Origin: Vermamoeba vermiformis
Taxonomy: Eukaryota
Length of the DNA: 64,000 bases
Assembly (NCBI GenBank): GCA_045837725.1
Contig: JBEWZL010000253.1
Coordinates: 62,001 to 126,000 of the forward strand
Reading direction: 5' to 3'
The notes beneath the pieces are model-generated. The model ran no database searches and was not told the DNA's origin. It was given only the letters and a program-made list of their open reading frames with translations. The position numbers were made by a program, and so were the translations under genes. This document shows, one piece after another, positions 11,148-23,141 of this stretch; the first letter of the stretch is position 1, and the number at the start of each line of letters is the position of its first letter.

Positions 11148-13558
11148 ATGGAGCATATCAAACTGCGAGTACGACATCAATTTTGCATTCAGATTCCTCT
11201 CGGCTCGGATGTGGCTACTTTGGAAGTTGCGCCTTTGATTAGCGAAACATGTTTCGGAATTGCAGTAACTAGCCAAAATTCGACGAACTGCTATCAGTAT
11301 AGAGTTAAAATAGTCGCAAGGAATGGATGGGAAGACGAAGAGTTTGGCACTTGCTTCACTTGGGAAAAACGGAACCCGATCTGTTTGGAATCGACCGGAA
11401 ACTTCAATGGCATTGCTTTGCGCGTAAAAATTAACCACGGAGTATTTGATTTTAGAAAAATCAACCAGCAGCTTATTCGAATGAAAGTCGAATGTTTTGT
11501 GGATGGGAGCTACTTGCAAGAAGGAAGCTCTTCAGTTTTGCAACTATTGCCTAAAAAACGCAAAAAAACCGCTAATGACCACGAGTTAGTTGAAGGTACG
11601 CACCACATTATTTTAAAGAAATTCGAAAATTTTCTAATTTTAGCTTTACGTTAGTTGCGGTGCCGATCTACTGGATCCCAGAAACAAGCGCGCAGCAAAC
11701 CAATGCTTACCTGGACTACAGTATCAGCTCTTTGCCCATCTCAGACGAAGAAGAAGGCATGCAATTAGTCGAGATTAACTCGAGATTGAACGAGCCTTAT
11801 CAAGCGAATCTTTTGAATTCAGACTCTAATAGCAGCGATATGTCAAGGTAAGAATATTAAAATCATGACCAATATTGACAGAGTTAGTTATGATAATAAT
11901 ACGAACGAACAATACATGGTGCTGTACAACGGCAATGCAGAAGTGATTGGCAACTTCAGAGCACTCAACTTCTACAAGGCATCAGATATCAATATCAAAG
12001 AGGATATAAGACTGCTAAGCTATAGTAAGGAATTATTCTCCGGTTCCGATTTCGTTAATTAACCTGTCATATCGTCAACATCCAGAAAAGGACCCGCGTG
12101 ACATGTTGCTAAAAATTGACGGCGTCGACTATAAATTCAAAAAAGGAATTAGCCACACGACTAACAAACGATTTGTTGGCTACATTGCACAACAAGTGGA
12201 GAGTGTGGTGCCTGATGCAGTTCAACTCATTGATGGTGAGTTCTATTGACACGAATGACACATTGAAGAGCAGTAAACTAACGACAGTGTGCTCTTTAGG
12301 TATTCTTCATGTGGACTATGAGTCACTGATTCCATATCTGAGCGAGTCAATTCGTGCCAACTTCAACGACATCAAGAACACACAAGCAAAGACAGAACGC
12401 ATTGAGAAGGTTGTTGATCAACTCTATCAACAGTTCTTGAAACAAGAGAATGAACGCTTGAAACACAAACAACCTACTGAAGATACTGACAAGCTCGTTG
12501 TCCCAGTAACACCAGAACCTTCGCCCAAGAGAGCTTGGCCGAAGCCATTTAAGATTCCAGCGGGCTGCGTCATAATTGCCATTATTGCACTAATCCTTAC
12601 TGGATCCATCATTGGCGTCGTCTACTTGGCACCAGTGACCTTCAAAGGTACTATTAAAGAGGTACCTGCGCTGCCTTATGATCCCGAAGTAGAACACATT
12701 CAACGAGCAATTTTATTGAAATTGTATACGGACACAAACGGTCCATCTTGGAACAACAGTACAAGATGGGCGACTGACGCTTCAGTATGCACGTGGTATG
12801 GCATCGAGTGTGCTAACGGTGACGGACATGTCACGAACATCTACCTGGTCAGCAATAACCTTACGGGGACTTTGAGCCCGAGCTTAGGAGATCTATCAAG
12901 CTTAGTTAACTTAACACTTGATAGACAACAACCTTCAAGGCACAATTCCGCCACAGCTATTCCAATTGAACAAATTAGAAGCGTTGCTATTGGCCCAATA
13001 GCCCACAACTCGTTGATCGGACGCGTGCCCGAAGAGTTCTCGCAAATGCGTAGCTTGAAGGTTCTGCAGCTCGGATTCAACAAAATAACCAAACTTCCGT
13101 CTAGTCTCAAGAACATGAAAAGTTTGAAGATCTTGGAAGCGCAGGACAATTTGCTTAGTGGACCGCTTCCGGATCTGTCTGTCACAACCTTGGTCACGGT
13201 GGACCTGAGCTCCAACAACTTTGAAGGTCCTTTGCCGAAGGTACCCGCTGGCATGGAGGTAATTATACTATCGAGCAACCTCTTGAACGGCACCATCGAG
13301 AACTTGTACGATCTGGATGACTTAAGACTGCTGCGGATCAACAACAATTCTTTCTCGGGAGATATCTCGTTCTCTCGCAGGCAGTGGTATATGATGGACG
13401 AAGTAGACCTGTCCAATAACGAATTCACTGGCTTCAAAGAAGATAAGATTTTGATGAATCCGGATGCCGGTTGTATCGCCAACAACAACAAGTTCATATG
13501 CCCATTGCCCAAGTGGACTTCAAAGTGTTTCGCTCAATGCAATGGCAGCGATATTTAA
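11148..13558 (+). CDS. MYRF-like membrane protein copy A: N-terminal putative DNA-binding domain + peptidase S74/ICA autoprocessing domain + coiled coil + TM + LRR ectodomain
   Basis: Exons join in frame across GT-AG introns (11596-11654, 11848-11882, ~12024-12084, 12236-12299). Motifs: LLPKKRKK; ASDINIKEDI; GYIAQQVESVVPDAV; VDYESLIPYLSESIR; TM GCVIIAIIALILTGSIIGVVYL; LRRNT LYTDTNGPSW..CTWYGIEC; LRRs (L..NNLTGTL). Contains a compensated frameshift at ~12920-13003. Confidence 0.85.
11898..12445 (+). repeat. Dispersed near-identical ~550-bp module (S74/ICA + coiled coil), copy A; other copies at ~21516-22060(-), ~24226-24784(-), ~50221-50770(+)
   Basis: Long, almost exact nucleotide matches, e.g. 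gtgattggcaacttcagagcactcaacttctacaaggcatcaga and the intron gtgagttctattgacacgaatgacac...cagtgtgctctttag in all four copies. Confidence 0.92.
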
Positions 13559-14080
13559 GGTAGGTGTATTATTGGCCGAGAGTCGACAGCCGAAACAAAA
13601 TATTTAAAATTTTCGAAGACAGATTAGCAGTGAATAACTGGGAAAAATTTGCTTACCCTAAGAGCGAATAGCATGTCTATGGCGTTAAGAGTGAGTTTTC
13701 AGCGGTAGATCCGCCGTCCATGAAGAGGTTATTTATTTAACGCTTGAACTATAATAGTTGGTTTCTCTTCCATCCAAACGAATGTAAATACGGCAACTTC
13801 GAGTAAAAATAATGTGTCTCGCGCTTATCATTGTATGTTAGCCATAATCTTTGCAAGTTGGTCAACTTGGCAAAAATTTCACGATCAGTCATGACAAATT
13901 GCCCAATATCCAAGTCAGTAAGAGCACCGACTTCGGAACTCCTTCTCTCTTAAATAAGACGATTAATAGTTGCACCGAAGTTAACATTGGCCAATAAATG
14001 ACGTGTTGTAGTGTGCAGTGTTTTTGTGGTGATTTAAAAAATTACAACGGTCAGATGACAAATAAAACATAAACATTTGT

Positions 14081-16797
14081 TCACTGCACAATACATTTGT
14101 TCTGTTGCGTGTTTTGAGTGTCATTGCTGGCATTGCTGGCATCATGTTTCTTCTCCTTAACACCAGTCTCCATCCAATCAGAAGGCTCGTAAAGACCGTC
14201 CTGCCATTTAACGACCTGTTGACCTTCGATAATATCTTGTAGCCATTTTGGGGGTAACGATACCGACGTATTCTGCCCAAATAAGATTTTCTCCAATTCT
14301 CCCCAGTGACCTTCGTAATATCTGGTCAATTACAAAGTTAATAAGCGTTAATTGCGTTCAAATTTTTTTGGTACCTCCAGTAGCGAGTGTGATCGTTAGT
14401 TGACACACCGGTGACACACCCCTGAATACCAAGCAATATCGTAAACAAGTCTGCCAAGTCTTCGGGTCGAATTAATCTACAATTCAATGTCTGCTGCAGT
14501 GACTTCCACGGGTGTTCTTTAAAGCCAAAGCCCCAAGTATCATTGATTGACCACTTGGACGAAGTGTGGCTAATGAAACTCGAGGTGGGAATGTTTTGCA
14601 AAAAAAAACGTTTGATTGTAGGAACTTAAATTATAAGCATCCGTGTCATTCGGTTCTTCCCAATCCTGTTATTATAATACTTAAATTAATATGCCGTTCG
14701 TCACGTCAGGTAAACTATTGGGAGGTACGTTTGTCGTCAAGTAGAATACAGGTTGCACGAGTTTGTTGCCTTTGAGCCAAGCAACTTCGAGTTTTGCGAT
14801 AATTGTTATTGGTTGTTTGTCGTTAGAGGGTGCTTGGACCAGAATCCGCACATATTTGCACATTGTTTTTACAAGGCGATGAGTTGGATTACTCTTCAAT
14901 ACTAGCGACGCTTTTGCCAGCGAAAAATTAATTAGTACAATGCTACAAGTTGTTATTTAGCACTACCTGTAATATCAAGGCGTTTAACTAATGATTTTAA
15001 TTCATTTACTTGCTCGTGATCAAGATGTTCCAATAGTATGGCTGCATGTTTGAGAGCCTATTATATGCAAGTTCGTTAATTAAATGCTGATAACTGTTAA
15101 GATCCATAAAATGCCTGAACGAATTTGGGCCGGATCTTCATACTGACTAAAATCATTCCATATTTTACAACAATGATTAAAACAGTATGACTGAGCGATT
15201 TGGCGGACTTTCCTTTTTAGGCATAAGTGATGCAATGCCTGCCATAGGATTAAATATAGCTGTGATTCATGGAGTGGGCGGGAGAGAGGCCGACATCATC
15301 GTTGTTACTCCGATAAATTGCATTTGTATGAATTTGAATATCCACAAAACAATACTAACCTTATCTATCTCGCATGCAAATGTTAACTTCTCGCGCAGCA
15401 AATGGAGATTGATTAAAGTATTGTAGATTGTGTGGCATTTTTCTACGTTGAACTTTTCGGCTTCCGACGGAACATTCTGTCCCCTTATTCTCTCTGTTAA
15501 CTCCCATTAAATACAAAACAATAAATCAATCACATTATAGCGATTTCGAAAATTATAACCTTTGTGTTAGAACGTACCATGATTGGACAATTTGTACTTA
15601 ACCATAATTGTCTGTAAAAATTGGAAAAATTCTCTCGTGGAAATTTCTTCTGGGCAGCCAATCCAATCCATTATAGCTCGCATATCTCGTTCATCTTTTT
15701 TCACATAAAACGAAGTATCCAAAGCATAGTAGGACTCATGTCGAGTCCATTCTATCGCGCCTTTGTCGTATAACTCGTCAACGCGCTCTCGGTCTAATTC
15801 ACCACCATCATTGGCACCGTTAACAGGGTCACTCCACGTTAAATAGATTAACGGCTGCAGCGTGCTGGCGGCAGTTCGATTGTCAACAAATCCAAGGTTA
15901 GCTTTGCACAAAAATTCAATTCTGTAGCTCTTTGAGTCTTCAAAATCTTGTCTAACATAGCTGGCATAATGATACCATAGCGTTACCATTTTTCCTTGCT
16001 CTTTGCCCAAGATAACTAACTTGATCCACCCATCGTCACCGAAAGTACGGTACGGGATACATCTCCAAGACTTGTAGCAGTCTGTAACAAGTTTAACATC
16101 GGATCTATTTGGTGCAATATAACATGCTTACCCACAAAGATAATGCGGTACAGTAAAGATTCGAAATGTACTTTCTTGGTATGTTGGAAACCAAAAACAT
16201 ATATGCGATCTTGCCAATGCATTACAGAATAGCACCATTGAAGAAAGCCTTCTGGAACATTTCTCATGATGCTGTGTATTTTACCAATTGTTTCTTGTTT
16301 TTTCTCAGTTGACTAAAGAATTGTTGGTTAAACACAAATCCAAAGTAATAGATTAGCTTACTAGCATTTCGAATAAACTTTCTGATATTTCACCACTTTT
16401 CTCATATTGTTTAATGTTTTCCAATACCACTAAATTAAATTAATATTGCTTGTCGAAGAAATAATTTTATGTACCTTTTATCTTCCAATAATATTCCTTA
16501 AATAATCTTAAAAAATCAACTTCTCCATTAGATGTAATAAGACTTCCTTCATAATTTAATCCTATTTAAATAATAACATTAATTTCATAAATTATGAAAA
16601 TTTTTTTTCACTTTACTAAATCTCTTTCTAAGTGTTTGTTCTATTTTTTCATTGCCCCAATCTCTTCCAAATTTATTGACACTGCGTATTACAAAGAGGC
16701 TTGTTTTCGCTTTTGCATAGATCAAACTCATTACATCGTTACCCAAATTCATTTGAGGGGCTAGTATAATTTTTCTCTTTTTACGTGGCGGCTCCAT
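14081..16797 (-). CDS. Large multi-exon hypothetical protein with N-terminal basic NLS-like stretch and F-box-like segment
   Basis: MEPPRKKRK start followed by LGNDVMSLIYAKAK..IRSVNKFGRDW (F-box-like). Exons at 16267-16016, 16010-15580, ~15495-15360, ~15060-14968, 14900-14690, 14600-14376 and 14329-14081 can largely be joined in phase. Could be two genes. Confidence 0.45.
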
Positions 16798-17189
16798 GGT
16801 TGCCTCGAAAACAAAATAAGTTTACGCACCAAAAATTGGTATGGGCCTAACAGGCTGAACGCGTGTTTTTTAAAAAATACGCAAACGCGAAAAAACAATC
16901 AAAACACGCACAATGACCTCATAACACCACAAAACGCTCTAGGACCCATTGCTAATCGTCCTCGCCGTCGTCCCAAGGGATACGAGCCATTTTCTCATAT
17001 ATTTTTGTACACGCACCCCCGAGTTTGACACAGTAATTTTCGATTTGGTAACTATTAACAACGTCCAACGGTGCTTAAGAATGCACATAAATTTGACCGA
17101 TCTAGAGTTTACAATATTTGTCACGTAACCAAAATTGAATCACCAGGGGACATGTGACTTTTGCGCAGTCTCGTCGACAATTAAACAAG

Positions 17190-18949
17190 ATGAACAACAA
17201 GTCACTCGTATTATTAGTCACGATCTTTGCTCTCGTGGCTTTAAGCATTGCCGCGGGACTGAAGGTCCCCTTGAAGGCCCGCCAGACCCGTCTCATGACT
17301 AAGCTCGGAAACAATCGCTATCCTCTGCAAGGCAACCTTACTTATTGGGGAGAGTTCTTCGCTACTGTCGGTCTCGGCACTCCGCCTCAATACGTTCAAT
17401 TGCAAGTTGACACTGGTAAGACACATCAGGACCGAAATGAGGACAAAATAGATTTTTGTGGTTGTTTAATTATATACGCATAGTAGATATTTTAGTTATG
17501 CTATAAATATTAATTGGAATCATTCACAAATTATTCTTAATTTTTAACGGTCAATTTAATTTAGGAAGCACGGATTTGATTGTCTACGGACCTGGTTGTG
17601 GCTCTGGCTGCGGCAACCCTAAGAACGTCTATGACGAAAGCCAATCATCGACTTCCAATCAAGTTACTTGCGATGACGACAACTACTATTGCAATCAGGA
17701 CGAGTAAGCATCTGTCAAGATCTGAATTGATGACCCGTGCTAACGTGTTGGTTTATATAGCTGCAACGATGACCCCGAAGGTCCTTGCGATTGGAATGAT
17801 CAGTAAGTGGAACTCAACTCAATAGGGAAATTGACACTTACCTTTTGTCTTACAGATACGGCGATGGATCTAGCATTGACGGTCACTTGGACCAAGATGT
17901 TTTCACCATTGGTTCGTTGACTACTCAATCCAGAGTCTCTATTGGTGTCATCGATACCGTAGACGCGCCCAACGGCTTCGAAGCGGTAAGATCTGCCACT
18001 GATTTCTTTAATTAATTTCAAGTAATACTGACCACGAACCAGACTGGTGTCGACGGTATTTGGGGCTTTGCTTACGAATCGTTGAGTGGCTGGCAAGGCG
18101 ACTCCGTGTTCAGCCACATCGTTGGTGACACTGGCATGTACGACTCATTCTCGCTCTGCTTGTACGAGAACAACGGTGTCTTGGAGATGGGCACTGATTA
18201 CAGCAAGGACAAGCGATTCGTTTGGACTCCTGTTCAACAAGACCAATGGTACACAGGTAAGTCGCGTCGATCTCGCTCGATCTACCGTCTCGTCCTTGTT
18301 ACTGATTCATGTTAGTTTACATCTACGACATTAAGCTCGGCAACACCTCTATTGGTATCTCTGCTTGGGATCTTAACTGGAACGGCGTAAGTAGATCCAA
18401 GTGCTTTTTGTTACGCGATCGGATCGGATCCGCTTCAGTTTGTTGAACTCAATTTAACCCCTATTATTCTTATTATAGGTTATTGTCGACTCTGGTACCA
18501 CCTTGTTGATCGTTAGCACTCAGATCATGACTGCTATTCAAAACCAAATCACTTCTTTGTGCGCCAAGACCCCGCTTGTCGGTGTGTGCGGTGTCCCTAG
18601 CAACCAAACGCTGTTCGATGGCCTGTGCTACCCGATGACTACCGCGCAAGTCAATCAATTCCCGACTCTCAGCATCAAGTTCGAGACTGCAGGTTACTTG
18701 TCTATCTTGCCGCAAGATTACTTGTGGCAAGGCGCTGGTATTCCGGGCACTTACTGCATGGGCATTCAAGCTATGGGTACGTAGTATCTCGTATTAGTAT
18801 GGATTGACGGAACTAACCGGTGGTTGGATCTAGATGGTGGTTTGCCAGTCATCATCGGTGATGTGTTCATGCAACGTTATCACGTGGTATTTGACAAGTA
18901 CTGGGATCGCATTGGTTTTGGTCCTTTGTCTTCTTGCCCCAAGCTTTAA
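17190..18949 (+). CDS. Secreted pepsin-family (A1) aspartic protease
   Basis: Signal peptide, GLGTPPQ, catalytic VDTGS and VDSGT, DGIWGFAY and IIGDVFMQRYHVVFD..RIGF. Confidence 0.95.
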
Positions 18950-19356
18950 ATTACCAATTAGTAAAAAGGTTAAATAACCGTTTTTCAGCCTATTAATTTT
19001 TACCTCAAAATAGTTATTTGTTCGATTTATTAAGTATGCTGAAAGTAACCGGTTGCTCATGTCGTTACGGTACGGTAATTTTGAGTGCCTCCGTTACGCG
19101 CACGAGCTGTCCAATGATCCGAATGAGAGTACAGCAAATCATTCGCATTTCACGGACTACGCAAGAAGCCCAGATCCACCAAACCAAAAATTCCCTAAGG
19201 TATTATCCAACGGAAGATAGTTAAACAAAACTTAGAAATTAGTATTCCTATTAAATCGATAAAGATCTTTAAATTTCTATAATTAGCAAATTAATACCCG
19301 TATTTTAAAACGGCTGAAAAAACTGAATTCCATTTTTCATTAAAATCTCTTCCAAG

Positions 19357-20321
19357 ATGACTACAAACACCGTCCTTGCCTTCGCAATACTATTTATTGC
19401 GACATCCTACGGTCGAGAATACGTCACGTACTACTACAGCGCTACTGCTGGATGTCCTAACGACGTTACGAACGCTCCGGTTAAGATCAGCCAGGCTACT
19501 GGTGTGTGCATGCTTCGATTTCCTGCATCTGGTAGCAGAATATTCAGCTGCAATAGCACTGGTATTTATGAAACAATTTGCACCGATAAAGGTAACAATT
19601 AAAAATAATTAATATCTCATTGATCTAATTCATTAATTCAGCCTGCTCGGTCTCTTGCACGATTACTAGTGTAGCTAAAGATTCATGCGCTACGACTCCT
19701 TACGGTAGCTTTTTCCAAACCTGCGGCCAAGGTGCAGTGGATGGTTCTTACGCGCCTTCTTTCGTTGGATCGCAGTACGAAGACGGAGCTTGCGGCGATC
19801 CAAATGGACCCGCTGCCGTGTACGTGGCTCAATTAGATACCTGCATCGGGCCCTACGCTACTTTCGTACAGAATTTCGGCCAAGTAAGATCAACCGCAAA
19901 ACATAGAAAAATTGAATAGTTCTTATTATTGCACTATTAGGTATATTCATGCGTTAGCTCTGAGGTTCAATACAAAAATTGCTCGTCTTCGGACTGCAGC
20001 TCCGGATGTGGCTCACTCGTTCCTTATCCATCCGGATGTCAAACAACCGCTCGCAATTTGGTGTCTGGTAGCTCAGTAGGCACGTGCTCATCCACCTCTA
20101 GCCCCTCAGGATCTCAACCAAGCACCTCGGCACCATCTGCGCAAACACCTAGTGGTGCTACTCCTGTCGCTCAAGGACCGAGCGGATCGCAACAATCGCC
20201 GAGTGCAAGTCCTAGCGCAAATCCTAGCACAAGTCCTAGCGCCAAATCGCCGCAAACTAAGTCATCTAGCGCTTATGTCGCGGTACCTTCTTTGGCGCTA
20301 GCGTTAGTTAGTCTTTTGTAA
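19357..20321 (+). CDS. Cys-rich secreted, probably GPI-anchored surface protein with Ser/Pro/Thr-rich stalk
   Basis: N-terminal signal peptide, Cys-rich exons, an SPSASPSANPSTSPS linker and a C-terminal hydrophobic tail SSSAYVAVPSLALALVSLL. Confidence 0.7.
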
Positions 20322-20484
20322 GAATCAACCGGATCATAAACGGATTCAGATCTGATGTTTTGTCGAGTATACTCCTAGCTAAGAGATTTAAAATAATGTT
20401 GCTTTTACGAGAAGGTATGAATCGAGGTTGATTTATGTTACATTTTATATTTAACAAAACAAAATTTACAAAGCTAAGGTGGGC

Positions 20485-22931
20485 TTATTGACACTTGGCC
20501 GAACAACGCGTGGCCAACCAATCAGGTATCGGGCACGTAAAACTAACATATCGAGCGTCGCATACAAACTCATCTTTAGTGAGCGTTGAATTACCAGCCC
20601 TGGCAGTTGAGAATTTGTTGTTTGACACGTTCAAGTAGGTCATCAGCGCCAGTTCTGCTTCATCAAACGGCACTTCGCCTTCAAATTCATTGTTGGCCAA
20701 GTTGAGTTCGACCACGTTCAAGAACCGATGCAAGCGCCAGATCTCGCCAGAGAGTTGGTTCGATTCCAACGACAGATGGTTCAGTCTCGAGGGCATGGAA
20801 GGAATGGAGCCTTCAAATTTGTTGTTGGCAAGGTTTAGTCGCTGTAACCAATGCCAGTTTGTGAAGCTAGGCAAGGAACTTGACAACTGATTGTTCGACA
20901 GATCCAGCCTTGCAAGCGAAGATGCAGGTTCAACAGCCAATATTCCGCTAATTTCGTTGTCGTTGAGGTACAACTCAGTTAAGGCGGGCAGTTGCGTCAA
21001 AGTTCTAAAATTGACACGTGTCAACCGGTTGTGTGACAGATCGAGCACTGTCAGGAGGGAAAGCCGTGAGAACGAGCTCGGTATGCTGCCTTCAATTTTG
21101 TTATTTGCAAGTGCTAGTCTGTAGAGCGGGAGGTCGCCAAGGCTCTCGGGCAATGTGCCTTGAAGATTGTTGTCTGACAGACACAGCCACATATTTTCAG
21201 TCCGCACCCACACACGCCATGCCAGCCACAGATCGAAGTATTCGTCAGCCACCCATTGTTGTTCGTCCAATTGGCTCCGTTAGTTGCGAAGTACAGCTCT
21301 TCAAGAATGCGTCTTCGTTCATCCATGTGATCTGGTGTCAGGGGTGAGGGCGACGGTGTAGGGTCCGTTGATAGCGAAAAGAATAAGACAGCTGCGATTA
21401 TAGCTACGAGTGCCGTTGTCAACACCGTTGCGGCAATAACTTTCCAAGAAAATAGTTTTCGGCGTTGAGTCGGCCGTGACTTTGGGGTGTCGGACACTGA
21501 CTTTGATGCCGCACTTTGTTTCAAGAACTGTTGATAGAGTTGATCAACAACCTTCTCAATGCGTTCTGTCTTTGCTTGTGTGTTCTTGATGTCGTTGAAG
21601 TTGGCACGAATTGACTCGCTCAGATATGGAATCAACGACTCATAGTCCACATGAAGAATACCTAAAGAGCACACTGTCGTCAGTTTACTGCTACTTGATG
21701 GTGTCATTCGTGTCAATAGAACTCACCATCAATGAGCTGAACTGCATCAGGCACCACACTCTCCACTTGTTGTGCAATGTAGCCGACAAATCTTCTGTTC
21801 ACTGCTTCATTCACACCTTTCTTGAACTTGTAGTCAACGCCGTCAATCTTCAACAGCACATCACGTGCATCGGCAACTGGAAAAACATCGTGTCAGAGCT
21901 CAATCATTTATATGCAAGTAGATCTAGACTTACACTCAGTAATGAGTCTTATGTCCTCTTTGATATTGATATCTGATGCCTTGTAGAAGTTGAGTGCTCT
22001 GAAGTTGCCAATCACTTCTGCATTGCCGTTGTACAGCACCATGTATTGCTCGTTCGTGTTACTTTCGTGCACGGGCATGTTGTACATCTCTGTTGATCCT
22101 CCAGGACCAATTGCAAGCTCCAATTGATGATTATCCTCGTAGACAGTGACACTGGCAACGGAAATATTAATACTCATATTTAAATAGAGAATTAATAACT
22201 TGGGGCTTACGGGTTGAAAGTAGTGATGTACGATTGTTGTTCGGGGCTGGAGGAGTAGGCAGCCTCAGTAGAATGATAAACCATTTCTGGACTGTTCTCT
22301 AGGGAATATTCAACGCTGTTACTTAGCTCATGCGCTGCCTCGTAGTTTTCATCACGCCATTCTAAGGGGATCACGACTAAAAATTGAAGAAGTCGTTAAA
22401 ACCAAGTTTACGACAATAGTTTAACGTACCTTCAATGTCATATTTTCCTTTTCGCTTTTTAGGCAGTAATTGAATTATTTCAGAGCTCGCAATCTTGCAA
22501 GATTGTGCCACATCTGACAGGCACTCTACTTTAAGCTGAATATTTTGCTTGGCGATTCTTCTGAAGTCAAAAAAGCCTTGTTGAACCTTCAAGCGTAATA
22601 TTATTCCAGTAATTTCAGCCGAATCTTTGTCATTTTGAAAGCTGATCGGATTTCGCTTCGCCCAAGCCAAACAATTTTGAACTGTGTTGGTCTTCTTAGT
22701 GCCATAGAATGCGTTGAGTATATGCACTTTATATTCGAATTTTGTCTTTGAGACGATATCCACGACGGCAAATCCAAACTCGTCGCCAGCCGTAAGCAAA
22801 TGCGACACCACACTAAGGCTATTTGGTGGCGCCTGCAATGGAATTACTAATTGAAATATATTTCTAACGTGTATGCTCTTCATGTTTGAAGTAGTTGTTG
22901 AAATGTCGAAAAGTGACGATAGGTCACCCAT
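20485..22931 (-). CDS. MYRF-like S74/ICA-TM-LRR protein copy B (apparent frameshift near 21205-21215)
   Basis: KSIHVRNIF...QLLPKKRK N-domain; ASDINIKEDI; GYIAQQVESVVPDAV; TM VIAATVLTTALVAIIAAVLFFSL; LRRNT LYFATNGANW. The LRR array continues in a different frame (20485-21270). Confidence 0.8.
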
Positions 22932-23141
22932 TTTGTCTCAAACTTGACGTTTTGACAGATCAACGAGTTTCATCTCTGTCTCGTGCAATAATTAGAGATA
23001 TTTTGAATGCTAGAACATTTGTTGGTATTGATAGTTAGTTGAAATGAAGGAAAGCCTACAAAGGTCGTCGGTTAAATTAATTAATTTACGTCAAAAGATC
23101 TTTTATTTACATCGCTTGAAGCACTATTAGAATACTTCCAA

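Noticed and set aside
12116-12299. ORF-track N-terminus 'MTASTINS...LHNKWRVWCLMQF..' shared among paralogs
   Set aside because: This is an off-frame reading of the S74 exon plus a read-through intron. The real frame is GVDYKF..GYIAQQVESVVPDAV.
11898-12445. Repeated module as a transposon, intein or prophage tail-fibre remnant
   Set aside because: No terminal repeats, target duplications, transposase or Hint motifs, and no phage neighbours. It carries spliceosomal introns and occupies the same in-frame position in each gene.
12841-13512. Long antisense ORFs over LRR regions (also 23614-23907, 51142-51867)
   Set aside because: Shadow ORFs of LRR codon usage with no independent evidence.
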